The notes: a model not told the origin generated them from the sequence alone. DNA of 24,504 nt from a virus (IMGVR_UViG_2861069343_000004); one strand, 5' to 3'; positions 1 through 8,059 are shown, numbered from the stretch's first letter. Made by a program: numbers and translations.

Positions 1-1260
1 TCATATTCCTATCACCATGCCATGGGGCATGGATGGGGCAAAGTCCGATAATTTTTGGTTCAACATGGCAATCTGATCGCTGCTGCTGTCGGCCATCCAG
101 GCGCCGTAAACATTGAAAACCATCTGGGCGCTGGCGTGTCCCATCTGGCTGGCAATGAAACTCGGATTGGCCCCGGCAGACAGCGACCAGCAGGCGTAAG
201 TGTGTCTCGACTGATACGCCTTCCGGTGCCTTAAACCTGACCGTTTAAGCGCCGCATCCCATGAGTCACCCACTGAATCGGCTTTGTACAGGTAACCCAC
301 GCTGCCACTTTTTTTAACCAACTGAGGATTGAACACAAATGTACAGTCGTGAATAACCGTTCGGCCATACTCCCGCAATGCCACCTCAATCTGATACTGC
401 CTTCCCAGCCTGGTCATTTCTGCCTGGTTCCTCAAAGCGTCGATGGCAGGCTTGATCAGGTGCACGACCCTGTCGGTACCAGCTTCGGTTTTTGGTAGAG
501 TGAAATCACCGAGTTTCGTATAATTCCGGCGTATGGTCATCGTTCCAGCTTTCAGATCTATATCTTCCCATGCGAGGGAGACCAGCTCACCGTGACGTAA
601 TCCTGTGTATACCGCAATTGACCACAGGTTTTTCGTTTGCTGATGCTTGCAGGCATCAATGAAGCGAACGAATTCATCACGTGTGAGCGGATCTGGTTCT
701 ATCCTAGCCCTCTTTAGCGGCTTGATGCCGTTAAACGGGTTTTCACTCACATAGCCATTATCAACAGCGAACTGAAACATACCCGCGATCGTGGTCATGT
801 AGTAGTTTACCGTCACCACACTCAACCCTTTATCCCCCGCCAGCATATCCTTCCTGATATAGAGAAGCTCTTCTCTTGTCACAGACGAAACCAGCTTATT
901 CGCGCCAACCCTAGGCAGCATGCTTCTCACCACCGATTCATACCTGTTTATGGCATTAGCGCAGATCTCCATCCGTTTAAGCTCAAGCCATTTTTCAGAC
1001 AGATCTTTTACGGTGATATCTTTCTTCCCGATGCCGAAAGTTTTCAGATTTGGCGAGTTGGGGAATTGGGCCGCATAGTCAAAGGTCCCCATGCGGATAG
1101 CGAAACAAACTGACGTTCTCAGCTCCCCGGCCACCTTCCTGTTTTTAGCGGTGTCAGGGACACCGAGGTTTTCCCTGACACGCTTACCTTTAAAAATGAA
1201 CCATATGCGGAGTGACTTTCCGTGGTTCTCAACGCCCGTTGGGTATGATTCTTTACTCAT
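1..1260 (-). CDS. int: Phage integrase, tyrosine recombinase (419 aa, complete; stop codon at 1-3)
   Basis: Full-length ORF with the hallmarks of tyrosine recombinases: an N-terminal arm-type region, a catalytic-domain Arg (YTGLRHGEL), an H-x-x-R segment (RHRKAYQSRHTYA) and a C-terminal Tyr (FNVYGAW). It sits at the end of a phage gene block next to an excisionase-like gene. Confidence 0.9.
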   Translation of the reverse strand: MSKESYPTGVENHGKSLRIWFIFKGKRVRENLGVPDTAKNRKVAGELRTSVCFAIRMGTFDYAAQFPNSPNLKTFGIGKKDITVKDLSEKWLELKRMEICANAINRYESVVRSMLPRVGANKLVSSVTREELLYIRKDMLAGDKGLSVVTVNYYMTTIAGMFQFAVDNGYVSENPFNGIKPLKRARIEPDPLTRDEFVRFIDACKHQQTKNLWSIAVYTGLRHGELVSLAWEDIDLKAGTMTIRRNYTKLGDFTLPKTEAGTDRVVHLIKPAIDALRNQAEMTRLGRQYQIEVALREYGRTVIHDCTFVFNPQLVKKSGSVGYLYKADSVGDSWDAALKRSGLRHRKAYQSRHTYACWSLSAGANPSFIASQMGHASAQMVFNVYGAWMADSSSDQIAMLNQKLSDFAPSMPHGMVIGI

Positions 1261-1302
1261 TTATCCCTCCCGACGTCCAGGAGCGTTGCAAGTTTACCTG
1301 TT

Positions 1303-1548
1303 TCATACCGCCCGATCACCCAATGGTTGCTTTTGCGCCTGAATCCATGCGTCTACCGCTTTGCGGTTGTACATGCATTCGCTGGTTGGCTTTGGGTCAC
1401 CTTCAGGGGAAACGTGCTTATACTCACGCCCAAGCAGCCAGGATGATTTGCGGGCCCGTGTAATGGTTCCACGTTTCATCCCTGTGACTGCCATCAGCAA
1501 GTCCTCTGAAACCCATTCGTTTGGCTCGATCTGGATTATTGTCTGCAT
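1303..1548 (-). CDS. xis: Excisionase-like / small DNA-binding protein (81 aa)
   Basis: Small basic protein immediately upstream of int on the same strand, which is the typical int-xis arrangement. The family assignment is from memory, not from a search. Confidence 0.6.
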   Translation of the reverse strand: MQTIIQIEPNEWVSEDLLMAVTGMKRGTITRARKSSWLLGREYKHVSPEGDPKPTSECMYNRKAVDAWIQAQKQPLGDRAV

Positions 1549-1569
1549 GCATCACCTCTGCCGCACTCT

Positions 1570-1695
1570 TTAACTGATATAGAATTCCCAGCTACTGGCG
1601 ACGGAATTCATAACCTTAATCGCCATTTCAGCCGTTTCCCTGCTGTCGTAACACTGGAAATACATCTCCTGCCCAGTACGTTTAAGCTTCATCAT
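1570..1695 (-). CDS. Hypothetical small protein (41 aa, MMKLKRTGQEMYFQCYDSRETAEMAIKVMNSVASSWEFYIS)
   Basis: ORF translated by hand; it falls below the 60-aa cutoff of the supplied track. It fills the gap between xis and the TraR-like gene on the same strand, but the ribosome-binding site is weak. Confidence 0.3.
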   Translation of the reverse strand: MMKLKRTGQEMYFQCYDSRETAEMAIKVMNSVASSWEFYIS

Positions 1696-1707
1696 TACCC
1701 ACATACA

Positions 1708-1926
1708 TCACCTCAGGTGCTTACCACGTTCTTCAAACTCTTCTTGGCAATCAGCACAGCGCTGGCATCCCGCCACCAGTTCCCGGCGCCGAGCCGCTAT
1801 CTCTTCCCCGCAGTCGCGGCAGTGAGTAGCCGAAACCGCCGAATGGTTGATGCGACATTTCGCAATGGCGGCTTCCCGCTGGAGTTCCGCTAACTCGTTG
1901 GCCTGATCGATGATTTCTGCGCTCAT
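1708..1926 (-). CDS. TraR/DksA-family C4 zinc-finger protein (72 aa)
   Basis: Two CxxC pairs with the spacing typical of phage TraR/DksA-like proteins (CRDCGEEI ... CQRCADCQ). Its stop lies 12 nt from the start of the next gene in the leftward operon. Confidence 0.8.
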   Translation of the reverse strand: MSAEIIDQANELAELQREAAIAKCRINHSAVSATHCRDCGEEIAARRRELVAGCQRCADCQEEFEERGKHLR

Positions 1927-2123
1927 GCTGCACCGCCTTGCCAGTCGACCAAAAATGAACAGTCTTTTTTATGCTCGTTACAAGACCAGATCACTTCGTC
2001 GTCACCACGGAAAACATTTACTTCCACCGTGGTTTTAAACTTCGCAACTGCACCGCACTTGCATTTGGCAGAGGTATTTTTGCTTTTGGCGGCAACACTG
2101 CCGACTCTTGGGTATTTGCTCAT
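1923..2123 (-). CDS. Hypothetical small Cys/His-containing protein (66 aa)
   Basis: Its stop overlaps the downstream TraR-like start in an ATGA junction. A GGAG lies 7 nt upstream of the ATG. Contains CKC ... C..H..C residues. Confidence 0.55.
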   Translation of the reverse strand: MSKYPRVGSVAAKSKNTSAKCKCGAVAKFKTTVEVNVFRGDDEVIWSCNEHKKDCSFLVDWQGGAA

Positions 2124-2272
2124 GATTCCACTCCATACCGCTCATTCATGCGGCCAATAACACTGACAAATTTCACCAGGCTGACACCCATCGGCTTTAC
2201 CTTCTCGTAGTGCTTGCGAAGGATGGGGGGCATACAGCGTTCCACTTCGGTTAGCCATTCTGGGATGGGCAT
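2120..2272 (-). CDS. Hypothetical protein (50 aa, MPIPEWLTEVERCMPPILRKHYEKVKPMGVSLVKFVSVIGRMNERYGVES)
   Basis: Hand-translated ORF whose stop overlaps the next start (TCATGA). There is no clear Shine-Dalgarno, and it competes with the track ORF 2142..2330 in another frame. If it is real, the divergent junction at 2272/2278 leaves no intergenic space. Confidence 0.3.
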   Translation of the reverse strand: MPIPEWLTEVERCMPPILRKHYEKVKPMGVSLVKFVSVIGRMNERYGVES

Positions 2273-2277
2273 ACATC

Positions 2278-2481
2278 ATGGTTAAAACAGGCCAGTGGAT
2301 TACCAAAAATGCTCTGAGGCAGTGGGACAAGCGTCGTAAGGAATCTCGCCGCCAGAAAGCTGTGAATGAGTTTTATGACGCCTTTGAGCTTAACAGCCTG
2401 GAACCTGGCTCTACCGTTCGCCTGGCTACTAAAGGCGACCTGACAATCATGATGTTCCGCAGCGAGGAGGCCGACAAATGA
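2278..2481 (+). CDS. Hypothetical early protein (67 aa)
   Basis: First ORF of the rightward block. Its stop overlaps the next start in an ATGA junction. No recognisable helix-turn-helix. Confidence 0.5.
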   Translation: MVKTGQWITKNALRQWDKRRKESRRQKAVNEFYDAFELNSLEPGSTVRLATKGDLTIMMFRSEEADK

Positions 2482-2591
2482 TTACCGGGACTGCTAACTA
2501 TGACGATGTGGCAGAAGTCCGCTGCAATTTGTGCGGCGGTTATTACAAAGCCGACGATCCGGAAAGTCACGAATGTGAGGATGCAGCATGA
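2478..2591 (+). CDS. Hypothetical small zinc-ribbon-like protein (37 aa, MITGTANYDDVAEVRCNLCGGYYKADDPESHECEDAA)
   Basis: Hand-translated. ATGA overlaps at both ends join it to the flanking genes. Contains CxxC ... HxC. Confidence 0.4.
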   Translation: MITGTANYDDVAEVRCNLCGGYYKADDPESHECEDAA

Positions 2592-2971
2592 CTGATATCA
2601 CCGAACTGGCGCTGATTGCCAAAATCAAAAAACAGACCGAAAACTTTGACACTGTAGTGCTGAAAGAGTGGGAAGCCCTCGCGCTGGTAGAGGCGCTGGA
2701 GAAGGCGCAGAAGCGCATCGCCGAACTGGATAGAAAAAACTGCGAGCTTGATTCGCTTACTCAGCGATGGGCTGTTGAGCGCGCTGAAAATGCAGACCAT
2801 ATCGCCGAGCTGGAGTCCCACCTAGAGTCTGCTGACAAACTGCAGGACAGTGCATTCCGTAGCGGATTGCAACACGGGTTTAGTCTCGGACAGACAGATG
2901 ACCAAAAAGGTTATGAGCAGAGCATGGCCGCTTATAGCCCCGACGCTGGCATCAAGGTGGAGGATGAGTGA
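2588..2971 (+). CDS. Hypothetical coiled-coil protein (127 aa)
   Basis: ORF with a heptad-like, charged, helical composition (IAELDRKNCELDSLTQRWAVERAENADHIAELESHLES). Translationally coupled to both neighbours. Confidence 0.6.
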   Translation: MTDITELALIAKIKKQTENFDTVVLKEWEALALVEALEKAQKRIAELDRKNCELDSLTQRWAVERAENADHIAELESHLESADKLQDSAFRSGLQHGFSLGQTDDQKGYEQSMAAYSPDAGIKVEDE

Positions 2972-3165
2972 TGGCTACCGTAACAGAAATTCGAGCAAAG
3001 CTGCGTGCCGGTGAGGTAGTGATTATGCCGGAAAATTCTGTATTCCTGTTCATGCGTGAATGCGAGCGCCATCCAGAAGGTGATGAGTGCTACAAAATTG
3101 AACCCCACTCTTATGGGTACTCAAAAGTTTTCGACCCCAAGCGAGCGAACGGAGCCAACCAATGA
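2971..3165 (+). CDS. Hypothetical protein (64 aa; the track shows a GTG start at 2968)
   Basis: The ATG at 2971 overlaps the upstream stop (TGATG) and follows a GGTGGAGGA ribosome-binding site. Confidence 0.5.
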   Translation: MATVTEIRAKLRAGEVVIMPENSVFLFMRECERHPEGDECYKIEPHSYGYSKVFDPKRANGANQ

Positions 3166-3363
3166 CCAAATCAACCATAACCAGAGAGCGAATATCCGGG
3201 TTTATATTGCCTGGGAGTCATTAATCAATCTGGCGTGGAGTGCGATTCGTGGCTAAATCCCCCGCCGAACGCAAAGCCGCGCAGGAGGCAAAGATCTGTT
3301 TGGCTGGAAGTGAGGGCGTGGTAATGTGTTTACCTATTCTTCATTTGCTTAGGTGGCGTGAAA

Positions 3364-3561
3364 ATGCTGTATACAGTGACGTTCAATGAGACAGAGCGGA
3401 AGGAAGATATTGAACTTAGCGCGGATGTCAGGGCGGGTGATTTGCTGTCATTAACGCTCGATGGCGTGAAAGATGACTACACGGTGATGACAGTAGGCGG
3501 TCCTATCATTGGCAATACCTGTGTCCCATCAATAATCCGGGTAAAAAAAGCTCAGAAATAA
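3364..3561 (+). CDS. Hypothetical protein (65 aa; alternative GTG start at 3358)
   Basis: ATG preceded by GGTGG at 7 nt spacing, and followed by a hairpin terminator. Confidence 0.5.
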   Translation: MLYTVTFNETERKEDIELSADVRAGDLLSLTLDGVKDDYTVMTVGGPIIGNTCVPSIIRVKKAQK

Positions 3562-3570
3562 TAATGTATA

Positions 3571-3597
3571 ATCCCCTCCACAGCAGAGGGGATTTTT
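3571..3597 (+). terminator. Intrinsic terminator-like hairpin (8-bp stem ATCCCCTC/GAGGGGAT, loop CACAGCA, then TTTTT)
   Basis: Perfect inverted repeat followed by a T-run, read directly from the sequence. The 3' arm contains the GAGGGG Shine-Dalgarno of the gene starting at 3598. Confidence 0.6.
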
Positions 3598-3780
3598 ATG
3601 ACAAACAAAAAAATGACACCTGCCGAAAAGCTCAAAGCTTCGCGGAAGCGGTATAAAAAAATCTGGCTTCAACTGGATATCGCTAACGCCAAGCGATTTG
3701 GCGAGAAAGAAGTGCTTTCCGTTGACACCTACAGATCGCCCTATGAAACGCGCAAGAAAAGAGGGAGGACAGCAGATTGA
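3598..3780 (+). CDS. Hypothetical small basic protein (60 aa)
   Basis: ORF starting directly after the terminator T-run. Lys/Arg-rich. Confidence 0.5.
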   Translation: MTNKKMTPAEKLKASRKRYKKIWLQLDIANAKRFGEKEVLSVDTYRSPYETRKKRGRTAD

Positions 3781-4040
3781 CAACATCATCCTGGAACATA
3801 GCAGCCAAATCGAAAGACGAGCAGGACAAAGTCAACGTTGACCTCGCCGCGTCCGGCGTCGCTTACAAAGAACGCCTGAACATGCCGGTTGTCGCCGAAG
3901 TGGTGGCCAGACAACAGCCTGAACACCTGCGGGACTACTTCATGGAGCGCGTCCGCTACTACCGCGAGCAGAGCATCCAGCTTCCCCGCGCATCCGATCC
4001 GCGCTATCTGGAAATGGCTGAGCAGAACGCCAAGAAATAG
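3777..4040 (+). CDS. Hypothetical protein (87 aa, TTG start)
   Basis: TTG start overlapping the upstream stop (TTGA), with GGAGG 8 nt upstream. Confidence 0.45.
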   Translation: MTTSSWNIAAKSKDEQDKVNVDLAASGVAYKERLNMPVVAEVVARQQPEHLRDYFMERVRYYREQSIQLPRASDPRYLEMAEQNAKK

Positions 4041-4146
4041 CGATTTCCTCGCCTATGCTCATTTTGCTTTTATCCCCGGGAGGGGCGATAATTACTTAGT
4101 CAGTCTGGACAACTGACAACTTTACCCCGGCGCCAAGTGGGGACAC

Positions 4147-4743
4147 ATGGCGCAAACACTGCAATTTGAGAAAAGTTATCAAAACGTACTGATTCCCGCA
4201 GAGCCGGGAACCAGCGAATACCTGCAACTTATCCCCGTAGGGCAACTGCTTTGCGGTGAGTTCCGCAAGCCCAGGAATTACGCATTCCACAAGAAGTTCT
4301 TCAAACTTCTGACTCTCGGGTATCACTACTGGACGCCTTCCGGTGGTCTCATTGAGCCCGCGGAGCGTACCCTCATATCCGGTTTTATCGACTTTCTCTC
4401 ATCCGACCTCGATCAGCGCGCTGCACTCCAGAACGCCGCGGAGATGTATCTCTCCTCGGTCGGTATATCCCGTTCCCGCGATATGGCGCTGCTGAAACAC
4501 TTCGAATCCTTCCGCGAGTGGGCAACCATTCAGGCTGGCTTTTATGACGAATACCAGATGCCTGACGGCAGCCGTCGTCGTGTCGCAAAGTCGATCTCCT
4601 TCGCCAGCATGGACGACAGCCAGTTTAACGGCGTCTACAAATCAGTGCTGAATGTGCTTTGGAACTACATTCTGCGTCGCAAGTTCCACTCGCCGTCTGA
4701 GGCTGAAAACGCCGCCAGTCAGCTGCTGAGCTTTGCGGGGTGA
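4147..4743 (+). CDS. DUF1367-like nin-region protein (198 aa)
   Basis: Resembles, from memory, the conserved lambdoid nin-region protein found upstream of ybcO/rusA/Q (as in DLP12-type prophages). The gene order supports this. Confidence 0.7.
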   Translation: MAQTLQFEKSYQNVLIPAEPGTSEYLQLIPVGQLLCGEFRKPRNYAFHKKFFKLLTLGYHYWTPSGGLIEPAERTLISGFIDFLSSDLDQRAALQNAAEMYLSSVGISRSRDMALLKHFESFREWATIQAGFYDEYQMPDGSRRRVAKSISFASMDDSQFNGVYKSVLNVLWNYILRRKFHSPSEAENAASQLLSFAG

Positions 4744-4949
4744 TGGCGATGAAATACTCATGGTTCCAGCATCCCGACTGCACAACCGAGCAGGCCGAAC
4801 AGTTAGTGTCCAGATATCAGGCGCGAGGCATTGTCACAGAGAAAAGCCTTAACGCGGATTATCTGAGTTGGACGGTCAGCGCCCGGCTGCCGGTTTGTGT
4901 TCGCCCGGAGCATACTCCGCGATCACTTCGTCAACGTATATGGGGGTGA
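4743..4949 (+). CDS. Hypothetical nin-region protein (68 aa; alternative GTG start at 4740)
   Basis: ORF translationally coupled to the upstream gene (TGATG). Confidence 0.5.
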   Translation: MAMKYSWFQHPDCTTEQAEQLVSRYQARGIVTEKSLNADYLSWTVSARLPVCVRPEHTPRSLRQRIWG

Positions 4950-4951
4950 GC

Positions 4952-5242
4952 ATGGCCAATCTTCGTAAAGCAGCTCGCGGTCGTGAATGCCAGGTTCGCA
5001 TCCCGGGCGTCTGCAACGGCAACCCTGAAACCACGGTATTGGCCCATATCCGCATTGCTGGATTGTGCGGGACGGGGATTAAGCCGCCTGATCTGCTCGC
5101 CGCTATCGCCTGTTCATCCTGTCACGATGAAATAGACCGCCGCACGCGCCTGGTAGATGCGGAGTATGCGAAGGAGTGCGCGCTGGAGGGAATGGCCAGA
5201 ACGCAGGTTATCTGGATGAAAGAGGGGTTGATAAAAGCATGA
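4952..5242 (+). CDS. YbcO-like (DUF1364-like) zinc-binding protein, putative nuclease (96 aa)
   Basis: Cys/His-rich motifs ([11 protein letters not shown] ... CSSCHDEID) and a position directly upstream of rusA, as for YbcO in lambdoid prophages. GGGGG ribosome-binding site before the ATG at 4952. Confidence 0.7.
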   Translation: MANLRKAARGRECQVRIPGVCNGNPETTVLAHIRIAGLCGTGIKPPDLLAAIACSSCHDEIDRRTRLVDAEYAKECALEGMARTQVIWMKEGLIKA

Positions 5243-5601
5243 ACCAATATCGCATTTCATTACCCTGGCCGCCAAGCAACAACCGCTACTACCGGCACAA
5301 CCGGGGACGCACACACATCAGCGCGGAAGGGCAGGCATACCGCGACAGCGTCGCCAGAATCATCAAAGACTCGATGCTTGATATCGGCCTGGCCACGCCA
5401 TTGAAAATCCGTATTGAGTGTCACATGCCGGATCGCCGGCGCCGTGACCTGGACAATCTGCAAAAGGCAGCATTCGACGCCCTGACGAAATCGGGTTTCT
5501 GGCTCGATGACCAGCAGGTTGACTACTACAGCGTAAAGAGAATGCCTGTCGTCAAAGGTGGGCGGCTTGAGCTAACCATTACCGAAATGGAGTCCGCATG
5601 A
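5239..5601 (+). CDS. rusA: Holliday-junction resolvase RusA (120 aa)
   Basis: Size, position in the nin region and an acidic catalytic segment ([29 protein letters not shown]) fit RusA. ATGA overlap with the upstream gene. Confidence 0.85.
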   Translation: MNQYRISLPWPPSNNRYYRHNRGRTHISAEGQAYRDSVARIIKDSMLDIGLATPLKIRIECHMPDRRRRDLDNLQKAAFDALTKSGFWLDDQQVDYYSVKRMPVVKGGRLELTITEMESA

Positions 5602-5738
5602 GCCGTGACGTTATCGAACGCATCCGCGACCGCTGGCAAAAGCTTCGCCTCCTGCGTAGCCGCGGCACCGTGCTGGTCGACTACAAAATATTACGCAATT
5701 TCGTCCGTATCTATAAGCGCCTGGGAGAAGCAGCATGA
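5598..5738 (+). CDS. Small YlcG-like protein (46 aa, [46 protein letters not shown])
   Basis: Hand-translated. ATGA overlaps at both ends. A small gene of this size sits between rusA and the Q-like gene in DLP12-type prophages. Confidence 0.5.
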   Translation: MSRDVIERIRDRWQKLRLLRSRGTVLVDYKILRNFVRIYKRLGEAA

Positions 5739-6424
5739 CAGCTCAATACTTGGAATTTGTTCGCCAGCAGCTGATAGTGGCCACCGCCGATCTGAGTGGT
5801 GCGACGAAAGGGCAACTGGTAGCTCTTGCAGAGAACGCGCAATTTACCGCTACGGCGCGCAGCCGTGGCCGGAAGAAGGTATATAGCGAGGTGAAGCAAA
5901 AAATGGTTAACCCGGATGGACCGCCGATGAGCGGCAGCCAGTCCCGCGCTAAGGGTTCCTCAATCGCTCTCGTTCTGCCCGTTGAATACTCGACAGCCAG
6001 CTGGCGTCGCGCCCTCCTGTCGCTGGAAGACCACCAGAAATCCTGGTTGCTGTGGAACTACAGCGACAATATCCGCTGGGAGCACCAGGAGACGATAACC
6101 CGCTGGGCATGGGAGCAATTCAGCGACAAGCTGGCCGGTGTGCGCATTGCAAAGAAAACAGTCGATCGCCTCTGTCAACTTATCTGGCTGGCCGCACAGG
6201 ACGTCAAAGCCGAGCTGGCAGGACGGGAGACGTATGAATACCAGTCGCTGGCGGAGCTGGTTGGTGTAGCAAAGTCCACATGGACAGAAACCTACCTCCC
6301 TCATTGGCTGGCGCTGCGCAGCAGTTTTGTGAAGCTTGATAGCGACGCTCTCATGGCGGTAACGCGATCACGTTCACAACAAAAGGCGTCAAATTTAGAT
6401 GTAAGTCTTGCAAAACCGAACTGA
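5735..6424 (+). CDS. Putative late-gene antiterminator (Q-like) (229 aa)
   Basis: Last gene before a promoter plus terminator and the lysis cassette, which is the canonical Q position. The family call is positional plus weak recollection. Confidence 0.5.
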   Translation: MTAQYLEFVRQQLIVATADLSGATKGQLVALAENAQFTATARSRGRKKVYSEVKQKMVNPDGPPMSGSQSRAKGSSIALVLPVEYSTASWRRALLSLEDHQKSWLLWNYSDNIRWEHQETITRWAWEQFSDKLAGVRIAKKTVDRLCQLIWLAAQDVKAELAGRETYEYQSLAELVGVAKSTWTETYLPHWLALRSSFVKLDSDALMAVTRSRSQQKASNLDVSLAKPN

Positions 6425-6436
6425 AAGGCATATATT
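6408..6436 (+). promoter_or_regulatory. Candidate sigma70 late promoter (pR'-like): TTGCAA, 17-nt spacer, TATATT
   Basis: Hexamers read directly from the sequence. It overlaps the 3' end of the Q-like gene and lies about 55 nt upstream of a strong terminator, matching the lambda pR'/tR' arrangement. Confidence 0.4.
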
Positions 6437-6491
6437 TCATGTAAATCTGATATCGTCGCCATAGCTTCGATTGTCGACACATAAAGAATTC

Positions 6492-6520
6492 AAGCCCGAG
6501 GTTAACGCCTTGGGCTTTTT
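6492..6520 (+). terminator. Intrinsic terminator (tR'-like): 10-bp stem AAGCCCGAGG/CCTTGGGCTT, loop TTAACG, then a T-run
   Basis: Inverted repeat with one G-U pair followed by TTTTT, read from the sequence. Confidence 0.7.
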
Positions 6521-6527
6521 CATTTCA

Positions 6528-6602
6528 GGGTCAGAAGCACAGCGGTTGTGCGTTCGGCTGTTAACCGAATGGTAGAAGGTTCGAATCCTTCCTGTCCCGC
6601 CA
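6528..6602 (+). tRNA. tRNA-Asn (anticodon GTT)-like gene, 75 nt including an encoded CCA
   Basis: Hand-folded cloverleaf. The D stem (GCAC/GTGC), anticodon stem (TTCGG/CCGAA) and T stem (GAAGG/CCTTC) are all perfect. The anticodon loop is CTGTTAA (E. coli tRNA-Asn has CUGUUAA) and the T loop is TTCGAAT. The acceptor stem GGGTCAG/CTGTCCC has one T-T mismatch at 4:69, and position 8 is A rather than U. Confidence 0.6.
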
Positions 6603-6736
6603 AATAATGGCCTGACCTGATGACGGGCTCATAATCCAATCCATCAGGGGCGCTGCTGCAACAGCGTCACAGGCCGCCAGACCAAGCCTGGGTATTTTCG
6701 GTCATCACCGACATTGCTATTACCCTCATACTTATT

Positions 6737-6765
6737 GCCTGCCTAACCGCAGGCTTTTTTATTTT
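6737..6765 (+). terminator. Second intrinsic terminator (stem GCCTGC/GCAGGC, loop CTAACC, TTTTTTATTTT)
   Basis: Perfect 6-bp inverted repeat plus a T-run. Its tail repeats the ATTT(T)CAGGGTC motif that follows the first terminator. Confidence 0.6.
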
Positions 6766-6867
6766 CAGGGTCGCGGGAATCACCCTCGACGCTTTGTTGG
6801 TAAATCAGCCCGACGGCCCTGACCTTCTCACACACAGCTTCCCGATCTTTCATCGGAGGCGGTAACT

Positions 6868-7179
6868 ATGGCTAAGCGTATGCAAGACAAAGAGAGCATT
6901 GCCGGGATGTCCTGGCTGGTTCTGCTGATCATTGCTGGTTGGGGCGGCCTTGTCCGATTCCTGATGGACGTAAAGCAGGGCAAAGCAAAATGGAGCTGGA
7001 TAAATGCTTTTGCGCAGATTGTGGTTTCGGCTTTTACCGGGGTTATTGGTGGGCTCATCAGCATTGAAGGTGGCCTGAGTATTTACATGATACTGGCCAC
7101 TGCCGGTATCAGTGGTGCTATGGGTTCCGTAGCGCTCACGTATTTCTGGGAACGAATCACCGGAGTGAAAGCACAATGA
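6868..7179 (+). CDS. Holin, three predicted transmembrane segments (103 aa), with a possible dual start (M1 / M5)
   Basis: Three hydrophobic segments, a charged C-terminus, GGAGG ribosome-binding site, and a stop overlapping the endolysin start (ATGA). The N-terminus MAKRM resembles a holin/antiholin dual-start motif. Confidence 0.8.
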   Translation: MAKRMQDKESIAGMSWLVLLIIAGWGGLVRFLMDVKQGKAKWSWINAFAQIVVSAFTGVIGGLISIEGGLSIYMILATAGISGAMGSVALTYFWERITGVKAQ

Positions 7180-7715
7180 AAGCAGACCAGACTATCGAGG
7201 GGATCCTCGGCAAAGAGGGCGGTTATGTCGATCATCCGTCGGATAAAGGCGGGCCGACCCGCTGGGGCATCACGCAGACCACAGCTCGAGCACATGGTTA
7301 CACCGGTGATATGAGAAACCTGCCCAGGGAAACAGCAAAGCAAATTCTGCTCAGCGATTACTGGACCGGCCCCCGATTCGATCAGGTGGCAAGTTTATCT
7401 ACGTTACTGGCAGATGAGCTTTGCGACACTGGCGTGAACATGGGGCCATCGGTTGCAATTAAGTTTTTCCAGCGCTGGCTCACTGCCCTTAACATGCGTG
7501 GGAAGTTGTATCCCGATCTGATCCCGGATGGCGCCATTGGCCCCCGAACCATCACTGCGCTTAAGGGATATCTTTCAGCCCGCGGGAAAGAGGGGGAACA
7601 GGTTCTGTTACGTGCGCTGAACTGCAGCCAGGGCGCCAGATACCTCGAACTGGCGGAGGGCCGCGAAGCCAACGAGGAGTTCCTCTACGGCTGGGTTAAG
7701 GAGCGCGTGCTATGA
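7176..7715 (+). CDS. Endolysin, GH108-like catalytic domain plus peptidoglycan-binding C-terminal domain (179 aa)
   Basis: N-terminal motif EGGYVDHPSDKGGPTRWGIT matches the GH108 lysozyme-family signature as I remember it. Placed between holin and spanins. Confidence 0.8.
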   Translation: MKADQTIEGILGKEGGYVDHPSDKGGPTRWGITQTTARAHGYTGDMRNLPRETAKQILLSDYWTGPRFDQVASLSTLLADELCDTGVNMGPSVAIKFFQRWLTALNMRGKLYPDLIPDGAIGPRTITALKGYLSARGKEGEQVLLRALNCSQGARYLELAEGREANEEFLYGWVKERVL

Positions 7716-8059
7716 AGATGATCATCTTCGCTTTGCTCGTGGTGGTGGCTGTGCTCGTTCTGTTACTGCTGCGCAAATATACCCGGCTGGAGTTCGTTGC
7801 CCATGCCAGCCTGCTGCTGAAAACGTGGTCTGTAAAGCTGGGGGCTATCGGTGCGCTGGTTGGCATGTGGGCGCAGTCGTTCCCGGATGCTGCGCTGCAC
7901 GCCTGGGCGATGCTGCCGCCGGATATCAAAAACATTCTGCCTCCAAACATTGTTGCGTTGATTAGCCCTGCGCTGGTGGTGCTGGCGGTGCTTTCGCAAT
8001 ACGTACGCCAGCCAGCATTGAAAGCTAAGGCCGAAGAACTGAAGGAGCCGCAGCAGTGA
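7712..8059 (+). CDS. Lysis-cassette membrane protein (LysA-like accessory protein) (115 aa)
   Basis: N-terminal transmembrane segment (IIFALLVVVAVLVLLLL) plus further hydrophobic segments. ATGA-coupled to the endolysin and GTGA-coupled to the i-spanin. Its position matches P2 lysA. Confidence 0.5.
   Translation: MKMIIFALLVVVAVLVLLLLRKYTRLEFVAHASLLLKTWSVKLGAIGALVGMWAQSFPDAALHAWAMLPPDIKNILPPNIVALISPALVVLAVLSQYVRQPALKAKAEELKEPQQ

Noticed and set aside
1-3. Possibility that the integrase is truncated by the window edge
   Set aside because: The frame ends with a stop codon (TGA on the minus strand) exactly at positions 1-3 and the protein has a full C-terminal catalytic Tyr region, so it is complete. 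The att site itself must lie outside the window.
1091-1463. Plus-strand ORFs 1091..1342 and 1212..1463 over the int/xis junction
   Set aside because: Antisense to the integrase and excisionase genes. Spurious frames.
2142-2330. 62-aa minus-strand track ORF at the early strand-switch
   Set aside because: It would overlap the start of the plus-strand gene at 2278 and has no ribosome-binding site. The 50-aa frame ending in an ATGA overlap looks marginally better, but both are weak and neither may be real.
5605-5886. 93-aa plus-strand ORF overlapping the YlcG-like and Q-like genes
   Set aside because: In a different frame from two translationally coupled genes, with no start signal.
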